Below the pieces are notes generated by a model. That model was not told the origin of the DNA. It saw only the letters and a list, made by a program, of their open reading frames with translations, and did not search any database. DNA of 32,000 nt from Promethearchaeia archaeon (GTDB lineage Archaea; Asgardarchaeota; Lokiarchaeia; Sigyniarchaeales; SOKP01), in contig JAWOFX010000097.1 in assembly GCA_046497275.1 (NCBI GenBank), positions 14,471 to 46,470 on the forward strand, written 5' to 3'. Shown here piece after piece: positions 18,478 through 28,532 of the stretch (position 1 is its first letter; each line of letters starts with the position of its first letter). The translations under genes were made by a program, and so were the position numbers.

Positions 18478-19206
18478 TTAAACTAATAAATCTTTATAGT
18501 TTACGGATCCATCATATAAAGCAGTTCCAATTAGGATCCCAGAAAAACCTAATTTTTTATATTCTTTAATATCGTTCAGATTTCTAACTCCTCCTCCAAT
18601 ATATACACTACCTTCGAATTTTTTATTGATTTCTTTAAACAATTCTGGGATACCCCCCATTTTTTGTCCAACTCTAAATAGATCCAAGAGAATAATTTCA
18701 GAAATACCTAAATTTTCTAATTTCATTACAATTTCCCTAGGATCTGAATTATTTAAATCTTTATTCCCTGCTTTAATTTTTTCCTGAAACATATCAATAC
18801 TAACTAAAATACTATTTTTTTGAACAATTTTAAGAATTTTAGTAATAGTGTTAAGATTTTTAATTGTTTCTAAACCAATTATTAGTTTGAAAAAATTGAA
18901 TTGAAAATATTTGTAAATATCGTCTTTTTTTCTAATGCCCGGATCCAACATTATATCTACCGAAGGAATAGAACTAAATTGTTTGAATAGATTAAAATTT
19001 GGGGTTTTTTTCAATATTGCATCAAGATCTGCTACATATATTTTAAAAAATCCCATTGATTTCAAGGATTCTATAATTTTAATGGGATTATGAGTGTCAA
19101 AAAGTACAGAGTCTAAAGGTTTATATTTTGATCGCTCCCCTTTTATAGCATGAACCGCCATTGAGTTTAATACATCTATAACAGGAATAATATAGAAATC
19201 AGACAT
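18478..19206 (-). CDS. HisA/HisF-related TIM barrel protein (hisAF_rel type)
   Basis: IPVIDV...AVHAIKGERSKYKP, YVADLDAI, LDPG, LLDL.RVG, IGGGVR, IGTALY. Confidence 0.82.
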   Translation of the reverse strand: MSDFYIIPVIDVLNSMAVHAIKGERSKYKPLDSVLFDTHNPIKIIESLKSMGFFKIYVADLDAILKKTPNFNLFKQFSSIPSVDIMLDPGIRKKDDIYKYFQFNFFKLIIGLETIKNLNTITKILKIVQKNSILVSIDMFQEKIKAGNKDLNNSDPREIVMKLENLGISEIILLDLFRVGQKMGGIPELFKEINKKFEGSVYIGGGVRNLNDIKEYKKLGFSGILIGTALYDGSVNYKDLLV

Positions 19207-19359
19207 TTAATAACAACTTGAAACTATTTCCTATATATATAATATAGATTATAAATCATTTAACTAAAAAAGCCTTAGTTTTTATATATATATGGGGATA
19301 GTTAACAAATAAACAAATTCATTTTTAAGGGATAATATATAGTATCATTTCTATAAAAA

Positions 19360-21084
19360 GTGAAAAATAAAATGAAAACAGACATTTATATCAAAAAAAT
19401 AATAGAAGAGACTGGATTAAATAAAAAAGAAATTGAAGATTTAGTTAGTGAAAAAAAAGAAGAATTAAAAGGTTTAATTTCTGATGAAGGAGCGCTGTTT
19501 ATAATAGCAAAAGAATTAGGTGTTGATGTGAAGGACCAAAATGATGACTTATTAAAAGATATAGAAATCAATGTATCAGATATCACATCCAATATGAGAA
19601 ACATCACTATAGTGGGCAGAATTAAAGAAATCTACAGGATTTATAATTTTGATAAGAAAGATGGAAGTGAGGGCAGAGTGGGTTCTTTTCTACTTCATGA
19701 TTCAACGGGAGATATTCGAGTTGTGATGTGGGACGACCAAACAGACATTTTTAAGAGTTCAAATTTTGATATAAATGAATTAATTAAAATAATTAATGGA
19801 TACGCGAAACAAGGAAAGTTTGGTATAGAAATTCATATTGGCAAATTATCTAAAATAATCCTTTCACCTGAAGATATTAATTATAAAAAATATCCAAAAA
19901 TAACTAAAAAAGTAATTCCTATTGAAGAGATAAATTTATCTCAGAAATCTATTACGATTAAAGGAAAGGTTTCACGTAAGACACCCTTAAACACATTTGA
20001 AAGAAAAGATGGAAGTGAGGGGAAGGTTGAATCTATATTATTAATGGATTCTACTGGTTCTATCAGAATTACTTTCTGGAATGAAGACACTAACAAGCTT
20101 GATAATATTAAAAAAGGGAATACCATAAAAATAACGAATCTAAACCCACGAGAGAGTAATTATAATCAGAAAATTGAGTTATTTGCCAATCAAAATTCAG
20201 ATATTGTCAAGTTAGAAGAGGAAATTGAAATTAAAGGTGAGTTTGTTGAAGAAATAGAAAAATTACAAGATATGGATAATATTGTTTCCTTTAAAGGGAT
20301 TATAACTTCTGTTGAGAATTTAAAAAAAGTTAATCTTAAAAGTGGCGAAGAAGTCTCATTATTAAGTTTTGTAGTAAGTGATAATACAGATTGGATAAAA
20401 GTGACATTATGGAGAGAACTTGCTGAAAAATACTCTGATTTGATTGAAAATGGTCAAGGAGTTTTTATAAAAAATGTATTATTAAAATATAGTAGTTTTT
20501 TAAAAAGAAAGGAAATAAGTTTTATTGAAAGCTCGAAAATAGAATTTATTGATTTGGAGATTGATCAAATCAAAGAAAGAAATAATCAAAACATCAAAGA
20601 AAGAACAAGAACCTTTAGTGGAAATTTTTCTAAAATCAAAAATATTAACTCATCGGGGATTTTTGAGATAAAAGGAGTAATTATTAAAGAAATTAACTCG
20701 ATAACGGTGTATCAAGCATGCTCAAAATGTTTTAAGAAGATTGATAATTGTAAATGTGATGAAACGGGTGAGATAATAAATAGGATGATTTTAAATTTAA
20801 AAGTTGACGATGGATTTGATACAATAAGATGTACTTTTATTGGAGAGAGTGCTGAAAAATTGATTGGGGTAAACACAGATGTGGTTTCAGAGATAATTAA
20901 CACGCCAGATATGAATAATTTTTTAGAGAAGATAAATAAAAAGATCTTAGGAAAAGATATTATCATTAGGGGAAAAGCAAAATATAGTGATTTTACAAAT
21001 GCGTATGAGCTTATTGTTTATGATTTTAAGGATTTAAATGTAGATGAGGAACTGGAGAGAGTAATTAAGGTAATCCAAACCTAA
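19360..21084 (+). CDS. rpa: Replication protein A large subunit (multi-OB fold with C-terminal Zn motif)
   Basis: Repeated OB folds (DSTGDIRVVMW, DSTGSIRITFW, DNTDWIKVTLW) and ACSKC..C.C followed by VDDGFDTI. The start may be ATG 19372. Confidence 0.88.
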   Translation: MKNKMKTDIYIKKIIEETGLNKKEIEDLVSEKKEELKGLISDEGALFIIAKELGVDVKDQNDDLLKDIEINVSDITSNMRNITIVGRIKEIYRIYNFDKKDGSEGRVGSFLLHDSTGDIRVVMWDDQTDIFKSSNFDINELIKIINGYAKQGKFGIEIHIGKLSKIILSPEDINYKKYPKITKKVIPIEEINLSQKSITIKGKVSRKTPLNTFERKDGSEGKVESILLMDSTGSIRITFWNEDTNKLDNIKKGNTIKITNLNPRESNYNQKIELFANQNSDIVKLEEEIEIKGEFVEEIEKLQDMDNIVSFKGIITSVENLKKVNLKSGEEVSLLSFVVSDNTDWIKVTLWRELAEKYSDLIENGQGVFIKNVLLKYSSFLKRKEISFIESSKIEFIDLEIDQIKERNNQNIKERTRTFSGNFSKIKNINSSGIFEIKGVIIKEINSITVYQACSKCFKKIDNCKCDETGEIINRMILNLKVDDGFDTIRCTFIGESAEKLIGVNTDVVSEIINTPDMNNFLEKINKKILGKDIIIRGKAKYSDFTNAYELIVYDFKDLNVDEELERVIKVIQT

Positions 21085-21141
21085 TCTTAAAAAATCTCTA
21101 TTTTAATCATGAACTAAATCATATTTAATTTCAATATTTGA

Positions 21142-22086
21142 ATGAATAATATAGAAATCATAGGTTTAGGAGAAGTTGTGGTGGATTGGGTAACAGAACT
21201 ACATCATTTTCCAAAACCGGATGAGAAAATAGATGCTCTTTCTGAGAATTTTTTTTCAGGAGGAGTCACAGCAAATTATTTAGTTGCAGTTTCTAGATTG
21301 GGAGTTGAATGTGGTTTTATTGGGGCAGTAGGAGATGATAATTATGGAGATTTTTTAATAAAAGAATTTCAGAAAGAAAAAATAGATACAAACCTAATAT
21401 TAAAAATTAAAAATAAAAAGACCCCCGTTAATTTTATATTTGTTTCAGAAGGAGAAAAAACAATAATACAATCTCCACACATGAAAACTACAAAGTTAAG
21501 TATTCAAGATATTAGTCCATCATATATATCTAAAGCTAAATTATTGCATACCACATTAATTCATCCAGATATTTCCAAAAAAGCAATTGATATAGCAAAG
21601 GAAAATGATGTAAAAGTAAGCATTGATTTAGAAGCACAAATTGCATTGAGAGGATGGAATAATTTAAAAGATTCTCTGTTGAAAGCTGATATATTAATTC
21701 CTAATGAGGAGGGAGCAAAAATGATAACACATGCTAAAACATCAAAAGATGCGGCGAGAGTTTTGGTTAGAAAAGGGATTCCAATAGTAATTATAACTAG
21801 AGGACGTGAAGGGGCAATAATAACCACATCTAATATACAGAAAAAGGTTCCTGTTTTTAAAGTAAAAAAGGTTGTTGACACTACTGGTGCAGGGGATACA
21901 TTCAATGCAGCTTTTTCTGTAGCCTTCTGGATTAAAAAGTGGGATCTAGAAAGAGCTTGTATATTTGCTAATGCCGCAGCAGCATTAAAAATCCAACATT
22001 TAGGGGCAAGAATAGGTATGCCAAGTATAGAAAGAATAGTAAATTTCTTATCGGAATATGATATTGATATTTTTAAAATGGATTAG
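21142..22086 (+). CDS. PfkB/ribokinase-family carbohydrate kinase
   Basis: GGVTANY, IGAVGDD, PNEEG, TRGREGA, DTTGAGDTF. Confidence 0.9.
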   Translation: MNNIEIIGLGEVVVDWVTELHHFPKPDEKIDALSENFFSGGVTANYLVAVSRLGVECGFIGAVGDDNYGDFLIKEFQKEKIDTNLILKIKNKKTPVNFIFVSEGEKTIIQSPHMKTTKLSIQDISPSYISKAKLLHTTLIHPDISKKAIDIAKENDVKVSIDLEAQIALRGWNNLKDSLLKADILIPNEEGAKMITHAKTSKDAARVLVRKGIPIVIITRGREGAIITTSNIQKKVPVFKVKKVVDTTGAGDTFNAAFSVAFWIKKWDLERACIFANAAAALKIQHLGARIGMPSIERIVNFLSEYDIDIFKMD

Positions 22087-22502
22087 GTAATTATGCAAAT
22101 TTTTTCATATTTTTGATTTTCTTCGACCATATGCCTATATTCTTCAATAAAATTTTCATTTTCCGTGTCTTCTTGGTAATTCTGAAATGGCCAAATTCCT
22201 AATAGTATATCTCCACTTTTTTTTTTAAAACCTGTCAAAAATCCTTTTTTTCGGTTTTCCAAGATATTTAGAATTACAACATAATTACTTAAATCTGTAT
22301 GATCATCTGAATTGAATTTATGTACCGAATCTATGTTTTGAATATTAATAATATTTTTTTTTTTAGAACTAAGATTTTTAAGTTGTTCTATAAATTCATG
22401 TGGTATGATTATTGGATTATCTCTTCTAATTTCCTTAAATGTTAATTTTAATTCATCAATATCTATTTCATTCAAACCCTTAAAATATATTTTGTAAACC
22501 AT
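22083..22502 (-). CDS. Hypothetical protein
   Basis: 139-aa ORF with a 4-nt stop overlap with the convergent pfkB gene; no motif recognised. Confidence 0.65.
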   Translation of the reverse strand: MVYKIYFKGLNEIDIDELKLTFKEIRRDNPIIIPHEFIEQLKNLSSKKKNIINIQNIDSVHKFNSDDHTDLSNYVVILNILENRKKGFLTGFKKKSGDILLGIWPFQNYQEDTENENFIEEYRHMVEENQKYEKICIIT

Positions 22503-22718
22503 ATCATATTAATTTAAAAAGTTTATTCTGTTAAGATTAAAATCAATTTTTTTAAAAAAATGTTATTATATTTTTTTTATATCTATTGCAATTAATAAGG
22601 AATAATCTATTTATTAAAAAAGTTTTATACTTAATCACAATCTAATGATTTTAGAACTTTAATCCATAGAAAAATCTAAATATCATCTTTAATATTACTA
22701 GTTAAAAATATAAAAACT

Positions 22719-22860
22719 GCCTCCATAGCTCAGTTAGGTAGAGCATCGTCTGGTGTGCCTAAAGCACCCGGCTGTTAACCGGGCGGTCGCATGTTCGATA
22801 TTCTGGGTCATTTTTATAATATACTAATTTATAGCCAGAACGAAAACCATGCTGGAGGCG
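22719..22860 (+). tRNA. tRNA-Asn(GTT) with two introns (22/23: 22742-22762; 59/60: 22800-22846)
   Basis: Acceptor GCCTCCA/TGGAGGC+G73, anticodon arm CCCGG-CTGTTAA-CCGGG, T arm GCATG-TTCGATC-CATGC after splicing; BHB helices AGGT/GCCT and TTCG/CGAA. Confidence 0.94.
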
Positions 22861-23084
22861 CATTATATTTTCCATATATATGATTTTAAGGTTTTGTGAA
22901 AGTTTCCAAAAAATTCTCTCTATATTTTGGTTTTTTTTGAAATATAAAATATGAGTTTATTTATTGTAAAAAAATTAAATAGAACTAAATTTGGCAGAAA
23001 TCTTTGATTTTAAATGAACAATTATTAAATTATTTTTAGGATACTAAAAGGGGTTAATTAAAATCATTGAAATAAAAAACTTTA

Positions 23085-23186
23085 TGCTTCTGCCGGGATT
23101 CGAACCCGGGTCGCGGGGGTGAAAGCCCCGTATGCTTAGACCTTGTTTAATTTTAAACAAGCTTGGCCGGTCTACACTACAGAAGC
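23085..23186 (-). tRNA. tRNA-Glu(TTC) with one D-loop intron (21/22: about 23136-23162)
   Basis: Acceptor GCTTCTG/CAGAAGC+A, anticodon arm CGGGG-CTTTCAC-CCCCG, T arm CCGGG-TTCGAAT-CCCGG; 27-nt hairpin insert in the D loop. Confidence 0.93.
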
Positions 23187-23318
23187 TTTTTTTATTATTT
23201 CTTTATTTTTATTTTCTTAATTAATAATAGGTTAAATATTTTTTTATATGGATAGATGGTTTAAGCATTATAATCGTAAAAAGATCATAATTTGATATCA
23301 AAAGAAAAAATTTTAGTG

Positions 23319-23403
23319 TGCGGGAAGGGAGATTTGAACTCCCGAACCCCTATGGGACTGGATTCTAAGTCCAGCGCCTTTGGCCAAACTTGGCAATTCC
23401 CGC
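23319..23403 (-). tRNA. tRNA-Leu(TAG), intronless
   Basis: Acceptor GCGGGAA/TTCCCGC+A, anticodon arm CTGGA-CTTAGAA-TCCAG, long variable arm, T arm GGGAG-TTCAAAT-CTCCC. Confidence 0.97.
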
Positions 23404-23637
23404 ATATAATAATTGATTGCTTTTTATGTATATAATTTAACGCTTAAAAATAAATAAACTTTTTATATTGTATTTTTTTTATCTTCTGATTTATAAATTA
23501 CCGAAACCATTAATTAGTTATAGAAAGTCTTTAGTTCCAATTCATTTCTAATTTGATTATTATTAAAAGAATAAACATAAAAAAAAAGAATTATATTAGA
23601 ATTATTATAGAATAATAAATTGAAATTTTGATTTAAA

Positions 23638-24636
23638 TTGAGTGTTAGAGAATCTTTAATAAAACATCTGACTTCTATTTTAAGATCTTCAGATGGTACA
23701 ATATTGGTAATTTTATGTGATCTAGACGGTCTTTCAATAGCAAAAATTGGCAGGAAGAGCGAAATTCAAATAAATTCAAATCAAATTACGAGCCTTGCAT
23801 CAGCTGCGTTCTCCGTTAGCGAAGAAAATTGGGAAGATTTAGATATTAAAGATCAAGTTATTTCATTTACATATTTCGAAAAGGTTTGCTTAATTACAAT
23901 TAAGATAAACGAAACTCTTTTAACAATAGTACACGATTATTATAAAGATTGGCCATTAGATGCTGATGGATTAGCAAGTTCAATGTATTATCTTAAAGAA
24001 AAATTAGAAGAATTTTTTGGCGGAATAAAATCTACACGAGATCAATTAGAAGAATTTTCAAATAAAATTAGAAGTGCAATTTATCTTGTCGGGATGGGAT
24101 CCGAAATTCCCTTTCTATCATACACTCCAGAAAACTATGATAACGCGAATCCTTTACCAGCGATAAGTCAGATTTTAGATTCAATTAAAAATCCAATTTT
24201 TATCAGATATTCCCTAGTTGATCCTTCTGGTCTGATGCTTGATGCTAGAGAATTAAATGGCAAGGATTTACCAATTTCAATTGAAGCATTTTCTGCTAAT
24301 GCAACTGTGGCGTATCAAAAAATGAAGGAGGAGTCTGGTCAAAGTTCTATGGGAGATCTTTTGTTTTATTTAGCCATAAGTGGTAAGAATTCAGAAAATT
24401 TCTATGGGATTATAACCTGTCCCTCAGGAATTCTAGAATTTTCAAAAGATCATGATCTTTCAAATATCCAACAGATTTCTTTTATTGGATTATTTTCATT
24501 AGATTATGGAGGAATTCCAATAATAGGAGAGGCGAGAAATATTATATACTCAATAATAGAAATTCTTGGATCCGAAAAAACCACAGAAAATTTTATTAAG
24601 GCTGTAAATGTATTATTAAGTGCAAAATATGAATAA
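23638..24636 (+). CDS. Tandem roadblock/LAMTOR-like domain protein
   Basis: Two helix-strand-strand-helix units: VILCDLDGLSIA...SLASAAF (aa ~1-110) and YSLVDPSGLML...AFSANA (aa ~170 onward); TTG start. Confidence 0.7.
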   Translation: MSVRESLIKHLTSILRSSDGTILVILCDLDGLSIAKIGRKSEIQINSNQITSLASAAFSVSEENWEDLDIKDQVISFTYFEKVCLITIKINETLLTIVHDYYKDWPLDADGLASSMYYLKEKLEEFFGGIKSTRDQLEEFSNKIRSAIYLVGMGSEIPFLSYTPENYDNANPLPAISQILDSIKNPIFIRYSLVDPSGLMLDARELNGKDLPISIEAFSANATVAYQKMKEESGQSSMGDLLFYLAISGKNSENFYGIITCPSGILEFSKDHDLSNIQQISFIGLFSLDYGGIPIIGEARNIIYSIIEILGSEKTTENFIKAVNVLLSAKYE

Positions 24637-25093
24637 GAGACCCCATAGAGTGGATCTTTATTGTCTACATTATAATGAATGTGATCCAAGAAAATGTACC
24701 GCATTAAAATTGAAAAGATTCGGTTTAATTAAATTTAGGCAAAAGATCGCTGGAAAACTTAGAAATGCTATATTATTAAGTCCTTTTGCACAAAGAGAAA
24801 TATCCATTTCAGATAAAGAAATACTAAAAAATTATGGGTTGATAGTTATTGATTGTTCATGGAATAAATTAATAAAATTTAGTAATATTTCGCACAGAAA
24901 TGAAAGGAAATTACCTTCTTTAATCGCGGCTAATCCCGTAAATTATGGGAAGTGGGAGAAATTGAGTTCAGTTGAGGCTTTATCCGCTGCTCTCTATTTA
25001 ACCGGATTTAAGGAACAAGCAAAATTCATTTTATCAAAATTTCGTTGGGGAAATCAGTTTTGGAAAATCAATAATCAAAAATTAGAATTTTAA
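24629..25093 (+). CDS. tsr3: rRNA aminocarboxypropyltransferase Tsr3 (DUF367)
   Basis: ECDPRKCTALKL, LLSPF, IDCSW, RKLP.LIAANPVNYG, LSSVEAL, KFRWG.QF. ATG 24629 preferred over GTG 24620. Confidence 0.93.
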   Translation: MNKRPHRVDLYCLHYNECDPRKCTALKLKRFGLIKFRQKIAGKLRNAILLSPFAQREISISDKEILKNYGLIVIDCSWNKLIKFSNISHRNERKLPSLIAANPVNYGKWEKLSSVEALSAALYLTGFKEQAKFILSKFRWGNQFWKINNQKLEF

Positions 25094-25142
25094 ACGACTT
25101 AATACAAATAAAATGAAAAAAGAAAATAAAATTGAGAAAAAA

Positions 25143-26747
25143 TTATTCTTCTTCACCTCTTGAAAAACCAGAGGCAGCGATTACGTCATCTATTTTTAAA
25201 ATCATCGTGGCTACTTCTGTGGCAGATTGAATAGCTTGAGTTAATACAGCAAGAGGTTCTACTACTCCTAATTTAATCATCTCATCCGGTTTTCCACTTT
25301 CAATGTTTAATCCATAATTGATGCCCTCTTCGATTTCATGTTTCGATCTTAATTCAACTATGAGATCAACAGGATTAAATCCCGAATTTTCAACGAGTGT
25401 TTTTGGAACAATCTCTAAAGCATTTGCATAAACCTCAATTGCTAGTTGCTGTCTCCCACCAATTGTTCTCGCATAGGTTTTTAGTCTTTTTGCTAACGCA
25501 ATTTCAGACGCACCACCACCAGGTAGGATATATGGAATCTCTATAGCAGCTTTAACTACAGATAAGGCATCATGTATCATTCTTTCTGCCTCATCAACAA
25601 CATGTTCGATACCTGCTCTTATCAGAATGCTTACTGTTTTTGGAGATGCACATTCTGAAACAAAAATCATATTGTCTTCGCCCACCTTTTTCTCTTCAAC
25701 CCGTCCCGCCTCCCCTAGATCAAACTCGCTAATTTCAAAGATATTATTAACTATTTTGGCATTCGTGGCTCTAGATAATTTTTCCATGTCTGATTTTTTT
25801 ACCCTTCGAATAGTCATTATATTCTCTCTAGCGAGAAAATTTTGCGCTTTTTCATCTACCCCTTTCTGACAGAAAACTACATTTGCTCCAATATCTTTCA
25901 GTTTAGCTACTCTCTTTTTAAGCATATTTGATTCTTCTTCTAAAAACTGATTTATTTGATCTGGTGTTTGAACTTTAATTTCAGCATCAAATTCAGTTTT
26001 TTCTACTTCTAATGATGAATTAATTAGCGCGATTTTCGCATTCTTTATAAGTTTTGGCATCATAGGGTGGACAATTTCTTTATCAACGATCATCCCATTT
26101 ATAATGTTCGTATCCAGAAGACTTTTGCCTTCCTTTTTAATGATTTGTATTTGATCTAAATCTATTAGGATGTTATCTCCTCTTTTTTCTTTGACTTGGG
26201 AAACCGCATTAACTGCTATATCAGCAAAGTGGCTTTTTGCCCCAGCGATTAATTTGCTATTCATTGATGTTTCTGCTACTTTTCTTAACATGTCTTTATC
26301 ATTAGGATCAATATTTTTAGAAATTTCTTGTAAAATTTCTTTACTTTTGACGAGAGCTTTTCTATAACCTCTAAAAATAATTGTTGGATGCACTTGTTGT
26401 TCCATTAATTCTTGTGCTAAATTAAGTAATTCACCTGCAATAACCACGCTTGTTGTTGTTCCGTCTCCAACTTTATCGTCTTGGGTTTTCGCCACCTCAA
26501 CTATCATTTTAGCCGCAGGATGTTCCACATCTATGGTATCTAAAATTGTTGCTCCATCATTCGTAATTGTTACATCACCCAAAGAATCAACAATCATTTT
26601 ATCCATTCCTTTTGGGCCTAATGTAGTTCTAACTGCTTCCGCAACCGCTCTAGAGGCAGAGATATTGTTTCTCTGGGCATCTCTTCCTCTTTTTCTTTCA
26701 GTCCCTTCTTTCAAAATCAGAATTGGGACACCAGATAATTGTGCCAT
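25143..26747 (-). CDS. ths: Thermosome (group II chaperonin) subunit
   Basis: [36 protein letters not shown]. Confidence 0.97.
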   Translation of the reverse strand: MAQLSGVPILILKEGTERKRGRDAQRNNISASRAVAEAVRTTLGPKGMDKMIVDSLGDVTITNDGATILDTIDVEHPAAKMIVEVAKTQDDKVGDGTTTSVVIAGELLNLAQELMEQQVHPTIIFRGYRKALVKSKEILQEISKNIDPNDKDMLRKVAETSMNSKLIAGAKSHFADIAVNAVSQVKEKRGDNILIDLDQIQIIKKEGKSLLDTNIINGMIVDKEIVHPMMPKLIKNAKIALINSSLEVEKTEFDAEIKVQTPDQINQFLEEESNMLKKRVAKLKDIGANVVFCQKGVDEKAQNFLARENIMTIRRVKKSDMEKLSRATNAKIVNNIFEISEFDLGEAGRVEEKKVGEDNMIFVSECASPKTVSILIRAGIEHVVDEAERMIHDALSVVKAAIEIPYILPGGGASEIALAKRLKTYARTIGGRQQLAIEVYANALEIVPKTLVENSGFNPVDLIVELRSKHEIEEGINYGLNIESGKPDEMIKLGVVEPLAVLTQAIQSATEVATMILKIDDVIAASGFSRGEEE

Positions 26748-26995
26748 TTTAAGATCACTTGTATTTTTTTTACCTTGATTAATTATTTATCTAGATCAAG
26801 AAAATTAAAAAAAATTAAAAAAACTTTTGATATGGAGATCATTTTTATATGGTTTGCTTTAAATTAAACCCTAATAACTCTAATCATATAAATCAAAATG
26901 AAAAAGATCTAAACTCCCGAGAAATTTTTTAAACTTATTTTAGTTGTTAAATTTCCACTAGGATATAAAATGAAATATAAATATATATCTTGAGA

Positions 26996-28480
26996 TTAAT
27001 TAATTAATTCTTGAATTAATTTATTTCTAATTCCTTTCGATTTATCAATTCTCTCTAGCCTACTTAGATACTTTTCATAAGATAATCCTTTTTGTTTTTT
27101 TAATATCAGAATATGTTCATTAATTTCATTTTCTGAAGGGGAACCTTTACTTATTCTTTTTTGCAAACAGAGTTGAATATTATTCATCTCTTCAATAAAA
27201 TCATCTGAAATTTCTATATTTTTATTAGTAATTTTCAGAATGAGTTCATTTATTCTATTTTTGTTAAAAAATTGTTGAGGATTTTTAGATTCCTTAACTA
27301 GAACAGCTACTATTTCATGGGATTTTCGAAAAGGAATTTCATATTTCTCAACCAAATGTTCTGCTAAATCTAGTGCTAAAATAAAACTATCTCTTACTTC
27401 TGATATCATATTAACTTTATTTAGTCTAATAGTTGAGAATACACCATTTAATACTTCAATGATAGAATGAGTTATAATAAAAGATTCTCGTAAAATAGGT
27501 TTTAGTTCTTGAAAATCTCTAAAATATCCAGAGGGTATGGCTTTAATTATTATGGAAGCTTTAGATAAATTAGAGATTAATACAGAGGATTTAGAACGAA
27601 TTAATTCTATTGAATCTGGATTTTTCTTTTGAGGCATCACGCTTGAGACAGAACAAAACTCATCATCTAATTCAATATAATCATATTCTTGAGTTGACCA
27701 GATTATAAGATCTTCAGCAATTCTAGAGAAATGAAGACCTAATAAACTAAGGAATGATAATATTTCATAGATATAATCTCTTGAACTGACTGCGTCTAAT
27801 GAATTGTAAATTAACCCATCAAACCCTAACAATTCTGAAGTTCTTTCTCTGTCAATATTAATACTAGTACCTCCTACTGCACATGCTCCTAGTGGATTCT
27901 TATTTATTCTTTTATATATCTCATCTATTATATTAATACATCTTAATATTTGAGCAGTATAGTTATTTGTATAGTGTGCGAAGCATCCTAATTGGGCTTT
28001 CTGCTGATGAGTATATAAAGGCATATAAGCATCGATAGATTGTTCACTGAGATGTACTATTGAGTCAATTAAATTAAACAATTCCTGAGTTAGAATATTC
28101 AATTCTTTACGAATTTTTAGTCTAATATCAACTGATACTTGATCATTTCGAGATCTGCCAGTGTGAATTTTTCCACCAATATTTATACCAATATCATCTA
28201 TAACTAAAGATTCAATCAATGGGTGGATATCTTCAAATTCAGAGTTTAATTCAAGTAGATTATTCTTTATTTTTTGCTTGATCTTCTTTAAAGAAAGTAA
28301 AATTTTTCTAATTTCCGTTTTATTAAGTATTTTTTGTTCATATAACATAATATTATGAACTTGAGTTCCAATTATATCCTCTTCAGCAATCCATAAATCG
28401 TCTTTTAAAGAGGATATAAAATTTAAAACCTTCTCGTTCAATGATTTATTAATTCTTCTTCTATAAAGATCTTTTTTCAT
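26996..28480 (-). CDS. argH: Argininosuccinate lyase
   Basis: EDIH, HTGRSRNDQ, SSVMPQKKNPD, GIPFR-like EIPFRKSH. Confidence 0.95.
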   Translation of the reverse strand: MKKDLYRRRINKSLNEKVLNFISSLKDDLWIAEEDIIGTQVHNIMLYEQKILNKTEIRKILLSLKKIKQKIKNNLLELNSEFEDIHPLIESLVIDDIGINIGGKIHTGRSRNDQVSVDIRLKIRKELNILTQELFNLIDSIVHLSEQSIDAYMPLYTHQQKAQLGCFAHYTNNYTAQILRCINIIDEIYKRINKNPLGACAVGGTSINIDRERTSELLGFDGLIYNSLDAVSSRDYIYEILSFLSLLGLHFSRIAEDLIIWSTQEYDYIELDDEFCSVSSVMPQKKNPDSIELIRSKSSVLISNLSKASIIIKAIPSGYFRDFQELKPILRESFIITHSIIEVLNGVFSTIRLNKVNMISEVRDSFILALDLAEHLVEKYEIPFRKSHEIVAVLVKESKNPQQFFNKNRINELILKITNKNIEISDDFIEEMNNIQLCLQKRISKGSPSENEINEHILILKKQKGLSYEKYLSRLERIDKSKGIRNKLIQELIN

Positions 28481-28532
28481 ATAATAAATTAAAATTGTGG
28501 TATTTAATATAGTTTAAATTAAATAAAATTAA

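Noticed and set aside
14523-21905. ORFs 14523-14747, 17362-17595, 19386-19607, 19941-20126, 20712-20966 and 21561-21905
   Set aside because: All lie antisense within recognised genes.
22742-22846. C/D-box guide RNA nested in the tRNA-Asn introns
   Set aside because: No RUGAUGA/CUGA boxes, and the introns are too short.
22503-23637. tRNA cluster as a mobile-element integration site
   Set aside because: No integrase, transposase or duplicated tRNA 3' end seen; flanking genes look chromosomal.
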